Source: an uncultured Anaeromyxobacteraceae bacterium (GTDB taxonomy: Bacteria; Myxococcota_A; UBA9042; DTJE01). From it: a stretch of 64,000 nt of DNA. The position numbers and the translations under genes are program-made. The stretch spans positions 13,096 through 77,095 of the forward strand of contig CAZNJW010000001.1 of the NCBI GenBank assembly GCA_964573455.1, written 5' to 3'. Below the pieces are notes generated by a model that worked only from the letters and a program-made list of their open reading frames with translations, ran no database searches and was not told the origin of the DNA. Every line of letters starts with the position of its first letter. Within the stretch, counting starts at the first letter, position 1. Shown here piece after piece: positions 19,776 to 28,463 of this stretch.

Positions 19776-19903
19776 GAGGTTCCGTCCAGGACGGAATATT
19801 TGACCGCCGTTGTTGACTGAGGCAGTTGTTGTGCTATCTTTTCGCGACGTTCGTGGCTGGCGTAATCCGACCGCGTTTCTTGCTTGAACCCCGGAGGAGT
19901 CCG

Positions 19904-20911
19904 ATGTCCCTGCGTACCATTTCAGTTCCGCTCGTTGCCGCGCTGTTCGTCCTGACCGCCGTGTCGGGCTGTTCCGGTGACAAGGTCAATAAGGCGCGCG
20001 CCATCATCGAAACCCAACCGGATGTGGCTCTCGCTCTTTTGAAAGAGGCCGCCGCCGAAACCGGGGAGACATTCGACAATCTTATTTACACGGGACTCAC
20101 CCTCGAAAAGCTCGGGCGCGACAGCGAGGCAATCGAGGCCTACGAGAAGGCTCTCGCGAGTGAAAGCGCCGCCGGACGCCCCGAGCCGGTATCCGAAAGA
20201 CTCCTGGTTCTGTACGAGAAGGCACACAGTCTGGCGTCCGGGGATGCGGCGAAGCGGGCCGTGGCCAGGAAGGCCGCGGCGCTGGAAAAGTCCCTGAAGG
20301 TTGCAAGGCCTTGGGCTTCCTCCTTCATCATTGACAGACTGGCCGCAGACATGGCGGTTGCCGGCGACGCCGGCGACGAGGCCGCTGTTCGGAAGCTGGC
20401 CGCCGAGGGAATGGAACTCGCGGTTACGACCGAAGTGAAGAACATGTTCGGAGAGAAGGCGACTGCCGCGCTGCGCCAGGCCTTCGTCGTTCGCTCGGAA
20501 AAGGCATTCATGGAAAAGCTCGCCGGACCTCTGGCGGATCAGGGGGTCTTCGTTGCTGATGGCGCCAGGATCGTGATTGAAAACGAGTTCGTGATTCCGC
20601 CAGCCAAGACCGGCCCGGATTTTGATCCCGAGAACCCGCTGTTTTTCGCGAACGTGCGCAAGAGCGCGTGCGTCCCTCTCCACACGTCGATAACGAAGAT
20701 AGCCGGACAGCTCGCGCCGGTCCTCGGTCTGAAGGAAATCGACGCAGCCGGACTCGATGCCGTTTTCGAGAGCCTCTACCGTACCGGAACAAAGGCCGGT
20801 TTCAAGGCTTTCGGGGGGGACAAGCGCCCGCCGAACGGACAGACATACCTCTGCCGGATGGATGTCGGGCTCAGGGACTTCCTGGCCGCCGTGTTCGTGT
20901 TCGCCCAGTAG
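19904..20911 (+). CDS. Lipoprotein, hypothetical (TPR-like helical N-terminus)
   Basis: MSLRTISVPLVAALFVLTAVSGCSG lipobox. Ala-rich helical content. Confidence 0.45.
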   Translation: MSLRTISVPLVAALFVLTAVSGCSGDKVNKARAIIETQPDVALALLKEAAAETGETFDNLIYTGLTLEKLGRDSEAIEAYEKALASESAAGRPEPVSERLLVLYEKAHSLASGDAAKRAVARKAAALEKSLKVARPWASSFIIDRLAADMAVAGDAGDEAAVRKLAAEGMELAVTTEVKNMFGEKATAALRQAFVVRSEKAFMEKLAGPLADQGVFVADGARIVIENEFVIPPAKTGPDFDPENPLFFANVRKSACVPLHTSITKIAGQLAPVLGLKEIDAAGLDAVFESLYRTGTKAGFKAFGGDKRPPNGQTYLCRMDVGLRDFLAAVFVFAQ

Positions 20912-20917
20912 CGAACG

Positions 20918-22813
20918 TTGCAGGGGCCATCAATGACTCACCCAATACGTAAGGCGGACATTCTGGTCGGCCTGTTGCTGGCGGCGTGCTACTTCGTCAT
21001 GCTGATGTCTACTCTCGACATCGGATTCCCCCGTGACGAGGGGTTCTACTTCAAGGCCGGAGAAGAGTATTCGTACTGGTACGACGACCTCGTGACCAGT
21101 CCGTCCACCGCATTTTCCAAGAAATCCATCAACAAGCATTTCGCCTACAATCCGGAACACCCGGCGCTCCCGAAGATGATGTTCGGGCTTTCCTGGCGGC
21201 TCTTCGGAAAGATGCACGACCCGGTCAAGGAACCGTGGTCGAAGGTCTGGTACCACAAGACCAAGCCGCCGAAACCAATCTTCGGCATCATGTCCGAATC
21301 GACAGCGATGCGCCTGCCGGCGCTCATTCTGAACTCGCTGCTGGTGATGTTCATATTCCTGTTCGGCGTGGAATTCTTCAGCAGACGAGTCGGGTTCGTG
21401 GCCGCCGCCGCATGGATGTTCCTGCCCCATACCTTCTGGCACTCCCACCTGGCGTGCTTCGACATGCCGGTCACCGCGATGTGGTTCCTGGTGGCATGGC
21501 TCTTCCTGAAGGCCACCCCGCCGCTCGAAGAACGCAGGAAGAACCGGGGGCGCACGTGGAAATTCGCGATCGCTGCCGGCGTGGCCTGGGGCCTTTCCAT
21601 GTCGACCAAGCACAATGCCTGGTTTATTCCCGCCGTTTTCGTCATCTGGTACCTCATCGCCCGCTGGGACGAAGTCCTGCCGCGCGATGCGGATGGTCGC
21701 AGAAGGCCGGCCTTCGGCAATATTCCTCCGGCATTCTGGATGATGCTCCTGCTTGGACCACTGGTGTTCTACCTCACGTGGCCCAAGCTGTGGTTCGCCC
21801 CGATCGATCACCTGTCCTTCTATATCGCCCGGCATGCAAAACATGAGTTCTACTGGGCCTACTTCTTCGGTACGCTCCACACGAAGCCGCCGTTCCCGGT
21901 TTCATTTCCGTTCGTCATGTCGGCGATGACCTTGCCAGGGCCGATCGTGCTTTTGTCACTGGCCGGTCTGGGCACGGCGTTCTCGGCATGGATCAAGAGA
22001 CTCCAAGGCAGGGAGTGGAAGATCGCGGTTCCGATTCCCGCAGCCTATCGTGACACCATCCTGTTCGTATTTCTGAATGCGCTCATACCGTTCGCAATCA
22101 TCGCGGCTCCGAACACGCCGATCTTCGGCGGGACGAAGCACTGGCTTCCGGGCGTGGCGTTCCTGATGATTTTCGTCGGAATCGGTTTCGAGCTTGTCGT
22201 CGCGGCCATCGACGGACTTCGCGAGAGATTCAGGCTCCGCTGGGGCAGATCGGCACGGGCCGCCCTCGTGGCGCTTTGTCTTGCGGTCGTGCTGACCCCG
22301 GCGGTGTTCGACACCTTCCACGGCCACACCAACGGCAGCACCTACTACAATGCCTTCTTCGGCGGGTTCGGCGCCATGGGAAGACACGGAATGCAGCGCG
22401 AATTCTGGGGAAACACCGCCTTCTCAGCCCTGCCCTGGCTGAACAGGAATGCACCGAAAAACGCTCAGGTACACTTCCACGACACGGCCTGGGATTCTGT
22501 AAGGATGTACTGGCGAGACGGACTTCTGCGGCGGGACATCAAGCCGCGCTGGGATTATCAGAAGGCCGATTACTTCCTGTTCCACTGGCACAAGGAGTTC
22601 CTCGATCGCGAAGAAACGGGACGCACGGCCATCGGAAGCGACATTCCGGCTTTCGTTGTCGAACAGGACGGAGTGCCGCTGCTGAACGTCTACGAGCGTC
22701 CTCCGCGAAAACCGGCACCGGTCAAGCTTCCTGTCGTCAGACCTGATCGTCCACCCAGGCAGCCGCCTCCCGGAGACCGCGCCAAAGACGCGTCCGGAGG
22801 TAACAACCGATGA
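20918..22813 (+). CDS. Glycosyltransferase family 39 (ArnT/PMT-like) integral membrane protein
   Basis: About 12 TM helices. N-terminal loop motif (DEGFY). Pro-rich C-terminus. Size and topology of a PMT_2/ArnT protein. Confidence 0.6.
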   Translation: MQGPSMTHPIRKADILVGLLLAACYFVMLMSTLDIGFPRDEGFYFKAGEEYSYWYDDLVTSPSTAFSKKSINKHFAYNPEHPALPKMMFGLSWRLFGKMHDPVKEPWSKVWYHKTKPPKPIFGIMSESTAMRLPALILNSLLVMFIFLFGVEFFSRRVGFVAAAAWMFLPHTFWHSHLACFDMPVTAMWFLVAWLFLKATPPLEERRKNRGRTWKFAIAAGVAWGLSMSTKHNAWFIPAVFVIWYLIARWDEVLPRDADGRRRPAFGNIPPAFWMMLLLGPLVFYLTWPKLWFAPIDHLSFYIARHAKHEFYWAYFFGTLHTKPPFPVSFPFVMSAMTLPGPIVLLSLAGLGTAFSAWIKRLQGREWKIAVPIPAAYRDTILFVFLNALIPFAIIAAPNTPIFGGTKHWLPGVAFLMIFVGIGFELVVAAIDGLRERFRLRWGRSARAALVALCLAVVLTPAVFDTFHGHTNGSTYYNAFFGGFGAMGRHGMQREFWGNTAFSALPWLNRNAPKNAQVHFHDTAWDSVRMYWRDGLLRRDIKPRWDYQKADYFLFHWHKEFLDREETGRTAIGSDIPAFVVEQDGVPLLNVYERPPRKPAPVKLPVVRPDRPPRQPPPGDRAKDASGGNNR

Positions 22814-23715
22814 GAAAGACTTCCTGGCTCCTCATATCCATCGGTCTTTTGATTCCGATAGCCTCGCTCGTTTACTTCGGCATGGACCTTTTCTATGTGC
22901 AACGCGCTCCGGACACCACGGACTGGCAGGAAGCGGCACGGGTGGTCCATGAAGGGTGGAAGGAAGGCGATCTTGTCGTGTTCTCCCCCCAGTGGGCTCA
23001 GGGCGCTTCACCATACCTGAAGGGTCTCAAGGTCGACACGGCCGAAAATCCTGACTGGTACGAAGCGTCAAAAGCCAGTCGGATATGGGTCATCGGTTCG
23101 ATGGACGGGTTCGATCCCGAACCGCCCGATGGATGGAAGACATTGTCCGAGACAGCAGGCAGGAAGGTGTCGGTCGAGCTGTGGCAACCACCATCGGGCA
23201 GGGAACTGACATACAGTCTCCTGGACAATATCGATGACGCCGTGGTTTCGCGAATCCATCCGAAACGACGCGAAATCTGCTCGAATCTGAAGGACTCGAG
23301 GTGGTATTGCGGAAAGGTTCACTCGTGGCTCTTCGTAGGCCATTCCAGAAAAGACATCGCCGGCCGGGTAAGGGACGTGATCTGGGCTCACGCCATCGAT
23401 CGCACGGTGGTTGAGGCGGTCTGGCCGAAGGTGCCGGGCGATGGAACCCTCACGGTACGCTGGGGTCTGACGCAACGCGCAGCCGAGGCCGCCGAGGGCA
23501 AGCCGACGAATTTCAAGGTCTTCGTGAAAGGCAAAGTGGTTCTTGAAGACACGCTGGACGTTGACGAACACACGTGGCACACGATTGATATACCTATCAA
23601 GGGTTCTGAACCTTCCGAGGTCAAGTTCCAGATTTCCTCGCCAGACGCGCAATCCAGGCAGGTCTGCTTCACCGCGGATCTCTGGCGCTCGAAAGCCGGC
23701 ACAGACTTTTTATGA
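22810..23715 (+). CDS. Membrane-anchored hypothetical protein coupled to the GT39 gene
   Basis: N-terminal TM helix. ATGA start/stop overlap with the GT39 gene. Confidence 0.4.
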   Translation: MRKTSWLLISIGLLIPIASLVYFGMDLFYVQRAPDTTDWQEAARVVHEGWKEGDLVVFSPQWAQGASPYLKGLKVDTAENPDWYEASKASRIWVIGSMDGFDPEPPDGWKTLSETAGRKVSVELWQPPSGRELTYSLLDNIDDAVVSRIHPKRREICSNLKDSRWYCGKVHSWLFVGHSRKDIAGRVRDVIWAHAIDRTVVEAVWPKVPGDGTLTVRWGLTQRAAEAAEGKPTNFKVFVKGKVVLEDTLDVDEHTWHTIDIPIKGSEPSEVKFQISSPDAQSRQVCFTADLWRSKAGTDFL

Positions 23716-23786
23716 TTCCCGGCGTCGATATCAGCTAGAATCACTGACAGAGCCGTCGGAACACATCAACCGGATGGTGCGCTGAC

Positions 23787-24644
23787 ATGACATACAGAAT
23801 CTTTCTTACGTCGCTGGTCCTCATGTCCGTGCTGACGGTTCTGCCGCCACGCGTCGGAACCGCACGGGACTACACACCTGACACATCTTCATTCTTCAAC
23901 GTCTGCAATGGTGGCGGCGAGTGCACGCCGGGCGTGAACAAGGCGGGATTCTCGGACTACATCACTCAGATGAGTGAAGCACTTGGCCCCGCTTTCATGG
24001 GCCCCGCCAACACACTCGGCTTCAAGGGATTCGAGCTGACGCTTAACACCAGCTTCACCCCCGTTCAAGCCAACAGTGAAGTCTGGACCGGGTACGGCGG
24101 AACCCAGCCCGGCGTGGCCCGAAACCCGGGAACGCTGATGTACGCAAACCAGCTGCGTTTCCGCAAGGGGCTGCCATACAGCATCCAGATCGGCGCCTCG
24201 GTGACGCACCTTTACGAAAGCTCGCTGTGGGGAATCGGACTGGATCTGTCGTGGAGTTTCGTGGAAGGGTTCAAACGGGCGCCGGACGTCGGTCTGGTGG
24301 TTTCGTTCGGAACCGTACTCGGAATGACCGACATACAGACCTTCCAGTTGAACGCGGCCCTTATAGTGTCCAAGTCATTCTCTGTCGCAGGTCTCTTCTC
24401 TTTCGAGCCTTACGTCGCCTATAACATGATGTTCGTGATGGCCGGCACCCACGTCACGTCGCAGTGGTCCCCGGACGGCTACGGCGGACAGTTCGCGATC
24501 GACCCGCAATACATCCTGCGGCACCGCGTCGAAATCGGCATGAACGCCTTGATCGAGAACTTCCTGATCGGCGGTGGCATGACGGTCGATGTGCAATCGG
24601 CCAAGGTCATGGGCGCGATCAAGGTCGGCGTCAGGTTCTGGTGA
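23787..24644 (+). CDS. Secreted putative outer-membrane protein
   Basis: Signal peptide, C-terminal ...KVGVRFW aromatic terminus. Confidence 0.4.
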   Translation: MTYRIFLTSLVLMSVLTVLPPRVGTARDYTPDTSSFFNVCNGGGECTPGVNKAGFSDYITQMSEALGPAFMGPANTLGFKGFELTLNTSFTPVQANSEVWTGYGGTQPGVARNPGTLMYANQLRFRKGLPYSIQIGASVTHLYESSLWGIGLDLSWSFVEGFKRAPDVGLVVSFGTVLGMTDIQTFQLNAALIVSKSFSVAGLFSFEPYVAYNMMFVMAGTHVTSQWSPDGYGGQFAIDPQYILRHRVEIGMNALIENFLIGGGMTVDVQSAKVMGAIKVGVRFW

Positions 24645-24654
24645 CCGATGTGAC

Positions 24655-25962
24655 TCACGGCTCCGGGCGCACGCCCGATTCCCCGTACCTGACCCTGTAC
24701 GACCTCGACAAACCTATGCACGAATCGGAGTGACGACATCCGGAGCAAGCCGGGACGAGTTCATGTCCAAAAAGGTCTGCGCGGCGAAGATCGGCTCTTG
24801 CGTGACTTCTTAAAGCGGAAGGAACCGCGCAAATCGGAAAGTCGGCTATCGACAGGCCTGCTCCGGCGGCAGCCTGTTCCAGCCTGGGACCCGCCGCCTC
24901 AAATGCCGATCTGACCTCCCCGATTTCAGGGGTCACATCGCCAAGAATTTCATCATGCCGGGCGCAATCCGAAATGAGAGATCGAATGGTCACATCAAAA
25001 TCGAAATGAAGCAGCATGTCCAGCACCGAAAACAGTTCAGGCACTGCCCTCCTGGTCATAATGAACTGACCATTCACCCGAAGCGGCAATCTGGAGATAT
25101 TCCGCAAGGCCCGAACCATGCGAACAAAGGCACCCGGCGTTCCCGCGACCGCATCATGAACTTCGGCCGAGGCGCCAAAAACGGACGTCGATATCTTTTG
25201 AACGCCAGGCAGACCCGCGACGGCATCCGCGACCGATGCGCTGGCGAGCCTGCTGGGAGGAATCAAAAGGTGAATCGGACAGCCGCTGGCATCCGAGATT
25301 ACCTGCAATATCGCCCCCAGATGCCTGTGGCCCAAGAGGTCATCCGCATCGAGGCCGAAAGTCGACATCTGACCATGAGCTCTGGCCGGACGAACAATCC
25401 TGTCGGCAAGGCGACAAACCAGATCGAGGTCCCGATCCTGATCAACTGCGTTCCAGATCTGTTTATTAACCGGACAGAAAGCGCAATTCTGGACGCAGCT
25501 CGAAGACAGATTAAGATGAAAAGAGAGGTCGTCACCGCACCCAACCGATGCCAGCATCTCGGATGTGATGTCACCCCCCTGGGAAGCTCTGGACAACGAC
25601 CAGCGCCTTACTGGAGGTTTCGTGCCCGAAAAGCCTGATTCAAACCAGTCAGCCCCGGCGAGCCTCGAGTGGATCGTCTTTTCCAGAGAGTCACAAGCTG
25701 CCACGAACCCCTTGTTTTTCTTCAAAAAGCTACGGATCGGCCAGATTTCAACAAACGGCGCATCATCGCGACATCCATGACCACAGAAGGCGTGCGCCGC
25801 CAGCCCGATCGGGAACATGTGTTCTTCCGATATGACCCGGCCGAACACCTCAATCCCGCAATCCTGCCTCAGGTAAGATTCGGCAATGTACACGCCGGGA
25901 ACAGACAGAAACTGAAGCAGCTCACGCGGAGAAGGAAGCTTGTTCATCGGAGCCTCCGTCAA
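24655..25962 (-). CDS. Radical SAM enzyme of unknown function (435 aa)
   Basis: CVQNCAFCPV (CxxxCxxC) at about residue 175. ~150-aa unique N-terminal domain. C-terminal Cys cluster (CSGCRHSDSC), possibly an auxiliary Fe-S cluster. Last gene of the BMC-P operon. Confidence 0.6.
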   Translation of the reverse strand: MTEAPMNKLPSPRELLQFLSVPGVYIAESYLRQDCGIEVFGRVISEEHMFPIGLAAHAFCGHGCRDDAPFVEIWPIRSFLKKNKGFVAACDSLEKTIHSRLAGADWFESGFSGTKPPVRRWSLSRASQGGDITSEMLASVGCGDDLSFHLNLSSSCVQNCAFCPVNKQIWNAVDQDRDLDLVCRLADRIVRPARAHGQMSTFGLDADDLLGHRHLGAILQVISDASGCPIHLLIPPSRLASASVADAVAGLPGVQKISTSVFGASAEVHDAVAGTPGAFVRMVRALRNISRLPLRVNGQFIMTRRAVPELFSVLDMLLHFDFDVTIRSLISDCARHDEILGDVTPEIGEVRSAFEAAGPRLEQAAAGAGLSIADFPICAVPSALRSHARADLRRADLFGHELVPACSGCRHSDSCIGLSRSYRVRYGESGVRPEP

Positions 25963-25969
25963 GCCCGGG

Positions 25970-27385
25970 TCAGTTTCTGAGGGAGTTCATCGGGGCCGGG
26001 ATACGGCCACCTCGCGCGATGAAGGTGCTTACGTCAAATTTCTTCGTGTCCATGACGATCAGTTCGCCAAGCAACCCGCCCAGATCAACTGTGTCCCCGG
26101 GCTTCGAACCCGGAATCGGGATCAGACGGCAGGCCGTAGTCTTGTGATTGATGACACCAATCGCCAGTTCATCGGCAATTATCGCCGCAATGGTCGAAGG
26201 AGGCGTGTCGCCGGGAAGCGCGACCATGTCCATGCCGACTGAACAGATCGCCGTCATGGCCTCGAGTTTGTCCAGCGTCATGGCGCCAAGCCGGGTCGCG
26301 TCGACCATGCCGGCGTCCTCGCTGATTGGAATGAAGGCGCCTGAAAGCCCGCCAACCGACGACGATGCCATGACGCCTCCCTTCTTGACTGCCTCGGTCA
26401 GAAGATAAAGCGCGGCCGTAGTGCCGTGGGCACCTACACGCTCGATTCCCATCGCTTCTATGATCCTGCCGACCGAATCGCCTTCCGCCGGCGTCGGCGC
26501 CAGCGACAGGTCCAGAACGCCAAAGCGAACCGGCGGACCAAGTCTGGCCACGACTTCGCGACCAATCAGTTCACCGGCACGCGTGATCTTGAAGGCGGTC
26601 CGCTTGATAACCTCGGACAGAGACTGACAGTCCATCAAGCCGGGTTCAAGACGCTTCTGGCGTTCGATGGCCGCAAGCACGACGCCCGGGCCCGATACGC
26701 CGACATTGATGACGACATCGGGTTCACCCACGCCATGCATCGCGCCGGCGATGAAAGGATTATCCTCGGGCGCGTTGGCGAAGACCACCAGTCTGGCACA
26801 TCCGGCGCCGTGCTTTGTCTTGGCGGCCGTCTCGGCCATCACTTCGCCCATCATCGCCGTCGCTTCAAGGTTGATTCCGGTCCTTGAAGACGCCAGATTG
26901 ACCGAGCAGCAAACCCTGGTAGTCGAAGCCAGCACGTCGGGCAAGCTACGCATCAGCATGGCTGAACCTGACGTGGCCCCTTTCTGGACCAGTGCCGAAA
27001 AGCCCGCGATGTAGTCGATCCTGCACTCGACCGCCGCCTTTTCAAGAGCGGCTGCAGCCGCGAGATAGGATTCACGCGGAGCTCCCTCGAGAACCAGCGC
27101 CATCGGGGTGACAGACACGCGCTTGTTCACGATCGGTATGCCGTACATGTTCTCGACCTCGGCGGCCGCGTCGACCAGCCCTCCCGCATGCGAGACGACC
27201 ATGTCGTATATGTACTTGGAGACCGTCTTCGGATCCTTGCCCGGACACCCAAGCATGCAGATGCCCATCGTGACCGTGCGGATATCAAGATGCTCCGCCT
27301 CGACCATTCTTATGGTTTCAGAAATTTCTTCTGGTCGGTAAATCAAGGGTTCCTCCGATCCACCGTAACGGACCGGCCACCGCAT
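25970..27385 (-). CDS. DUF711/UPF0210 family protein
   Basis: Near full-length similarity to UPF0210: [96 protein letters not shown]. Confidence 0.75.
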   Translation of the reverse strand: MRWPVRYGGSEEPLIYRPEEISETIRMVEAEHLDIRTVTMGICMLGCPGKDPKTVSKYIYDMVVSHAGGLVDAAAEVENMYGIPIVNKRVSVTPMALVLEGAPRESYLAAAAALEKAAVECRIDYIAGFSALVQKGATSGSAMLMRSLPDVLASTTRVCCSVNLASSRTGINLEATAMMGEVMAETAAKTKHGAGCARLVVFANAPEDNPFIAGAMHGVGEPDVVINVGVSGPGVVLAAIERQKRLEPGLMDCQSLSEVIKRTAFKITRAGELIGREVVARLGPPVRFGVLDLSLAPTPAEGDSVGRIIEAMGIERVGAHGTTAALYLLTEAVKKGGVMASSSVGGLSGAFIPISEDAGMVDATRLGAMTLDKLEAMTAICSVGMDMVALPGDTPPSTIAAIIADELAIGVINHKTTACRLIPIPGSKPGDTVDLGGLLGELIVMDTKKFDVSTFIARGGRIPAPMNSLRN

Positions 27386-27401
27386 CGCGAGGCCGTCCTG
27401 C

Positions 27402-28028
27402 TCAGATCCTGTGCATCGCCTTCAGGATGGCCTCGTGCATCACCATCATTTCCGCTCCGACCGCACGTCCTGCCACCTCAACCTTGTTCTTGAACTCCTT
27501 GAACGTCATTCCGCCCTTGAGCGTGTCCAGATTAACCACGAAGATCATCGAGAAGAAGTTCGCAACGATGGTCTGGCTTATATCCTGGATGTCGGTGCCA
27601 CAGTCGGAGATCGCCGACGTCAGCGCTGCGGCGACCCCGGGCTGGTTCCGACCGGTTGCGACCACAATGGCGCGATTCGGCTCACCGGCCTGATGTGCCG
27701 CAATCCTTGCAGCGGCACCATCCTCGGCGAGTGGCGAATACGACGGAATGAAGGAGCCCCCGCGGTCGCCCTGCGAAAGCGCCCGCACAACCTCTTCGGC
27801 AATGACCTTGCGGAGCCGATCATCCGACGGCCCGCGGCTGCCACTGACAGGATCACGCGGGATCGACTCGGCCGATGGAACCGAACCGCTGGCATACACC
27901 AGACGGATCCCCTGTCTGGTCGCGTATTCCCGCGCCAGCGGCGTCACGATCATTCCGGAGTCCACAGCCAGAACGCCCTTCGAAGCGAGCGCATCGACAT
28001 CCTTCTCGGTGATAATCTTCCTGACCAC
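27402..28028 (-). CDS. ACT-domain protein (UPF0237-like) with EutQ-N-terminal-like motif and EP-like amphipathic helix
   Basis: C-terminal 90 aa match UPF0237 (DISQTIV..FSMIFVV...[11 protein letters not shown]). N-terminal [38 protein letters not shown] resembles the EutQ N-terminal motif. The linker contains [17 protein letters not shown]. Confidence 0.6.
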   Translation of the reverse strand: MVRKIITEKDVDALASKGVLAVDSGMIVTPLAREYATRQGIRLVYASGSVPSAESIPRDPVSGSRGPSDDRLRKVIAEEVVRALSQGDRGGSFIPSYSPLAEDGAAARIAAHQAGEPNRAIVVATGRNQPGVAAALTSAISDCGTDIQDISQTIVANFFSMIFVVNLDTLKGGMTFKEFKNKVEVAGRAVGAEMMVMHEAILKAMHRI

Positions 28029-28037
28029 ATCAACCTC

Positions 28038-28397
28038 TTATTCTGTCTGACCGGCTATCGCCGATTCATCAACCCTGAAGCGATCGACAATGGCTACGAC
28101 CGACGCGTCGACCGGAAAATGGGGAGCCTCGCCGACTGCAAGGCCCGGTTCAAGCCCGACGCGCCCCGCATGTCCGTAAGCGATAACGACGTCCTCGCCG
28201 GGACCGGCGCCCAGCAGATCAGCCACCACGACGCCATCGGTCAATCCCTGGGGCGGTACGCCGGCGTCCGCGGTCATTCCGTCGGAAGCGCGCAGGTCGT
28301 CAAGGTTGTATGGACGGACCAGCAACAACCGCAGACCTTCCAGTCCCTTCCATTTAACCGAGGACCAGACGCAACCAACGACCCTTGCCATGAACAT
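28038..28397 (-). CDS. Bacterial microcompartment vertex protein (BMC-P, EutN/CcmL/PduN family)
   Basis: ARVVGCVWSSVKWKGLEGLRLLLV, VVVADLLGAGPGEDVVIAYGHAGR and PVDASVVAIVD align to conserved EutN blocks. ~115 aa. Confidence 0.75.
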   Translation of the reverse strand: MFMARVVGCVWSSVKWKGLEGLRLLLVRPYNLDDLRASDGMTADAGVPPQGLTDGVVVADLLGAGPGEDVVIAYGHAGRVGLEPGLAVGEAPHFPVDASVVAIVDRFRVDESAIAGQTE

Positions 28398-28463
28398 GGC
28401 AACCTCCGGAGATTCCCGTTCGGCGGAATTTCACACTTCGAATGACAAGTGTCAACAGCGCGA

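Noticed and set aside
20930-21880. 316-aa minus-strand ORF inside the GT39 gene
   Set aside because: Antisense to a polytopic membrane protein with coherent TM periodicity. His/Arg-rich nonsense translation.
27411-28445. 344-aa plus-strand ORF spanning the ACT and EutN genes
   Set aside because: Antisense to two genes with strong family matches. Arg-rich low-complexity product.
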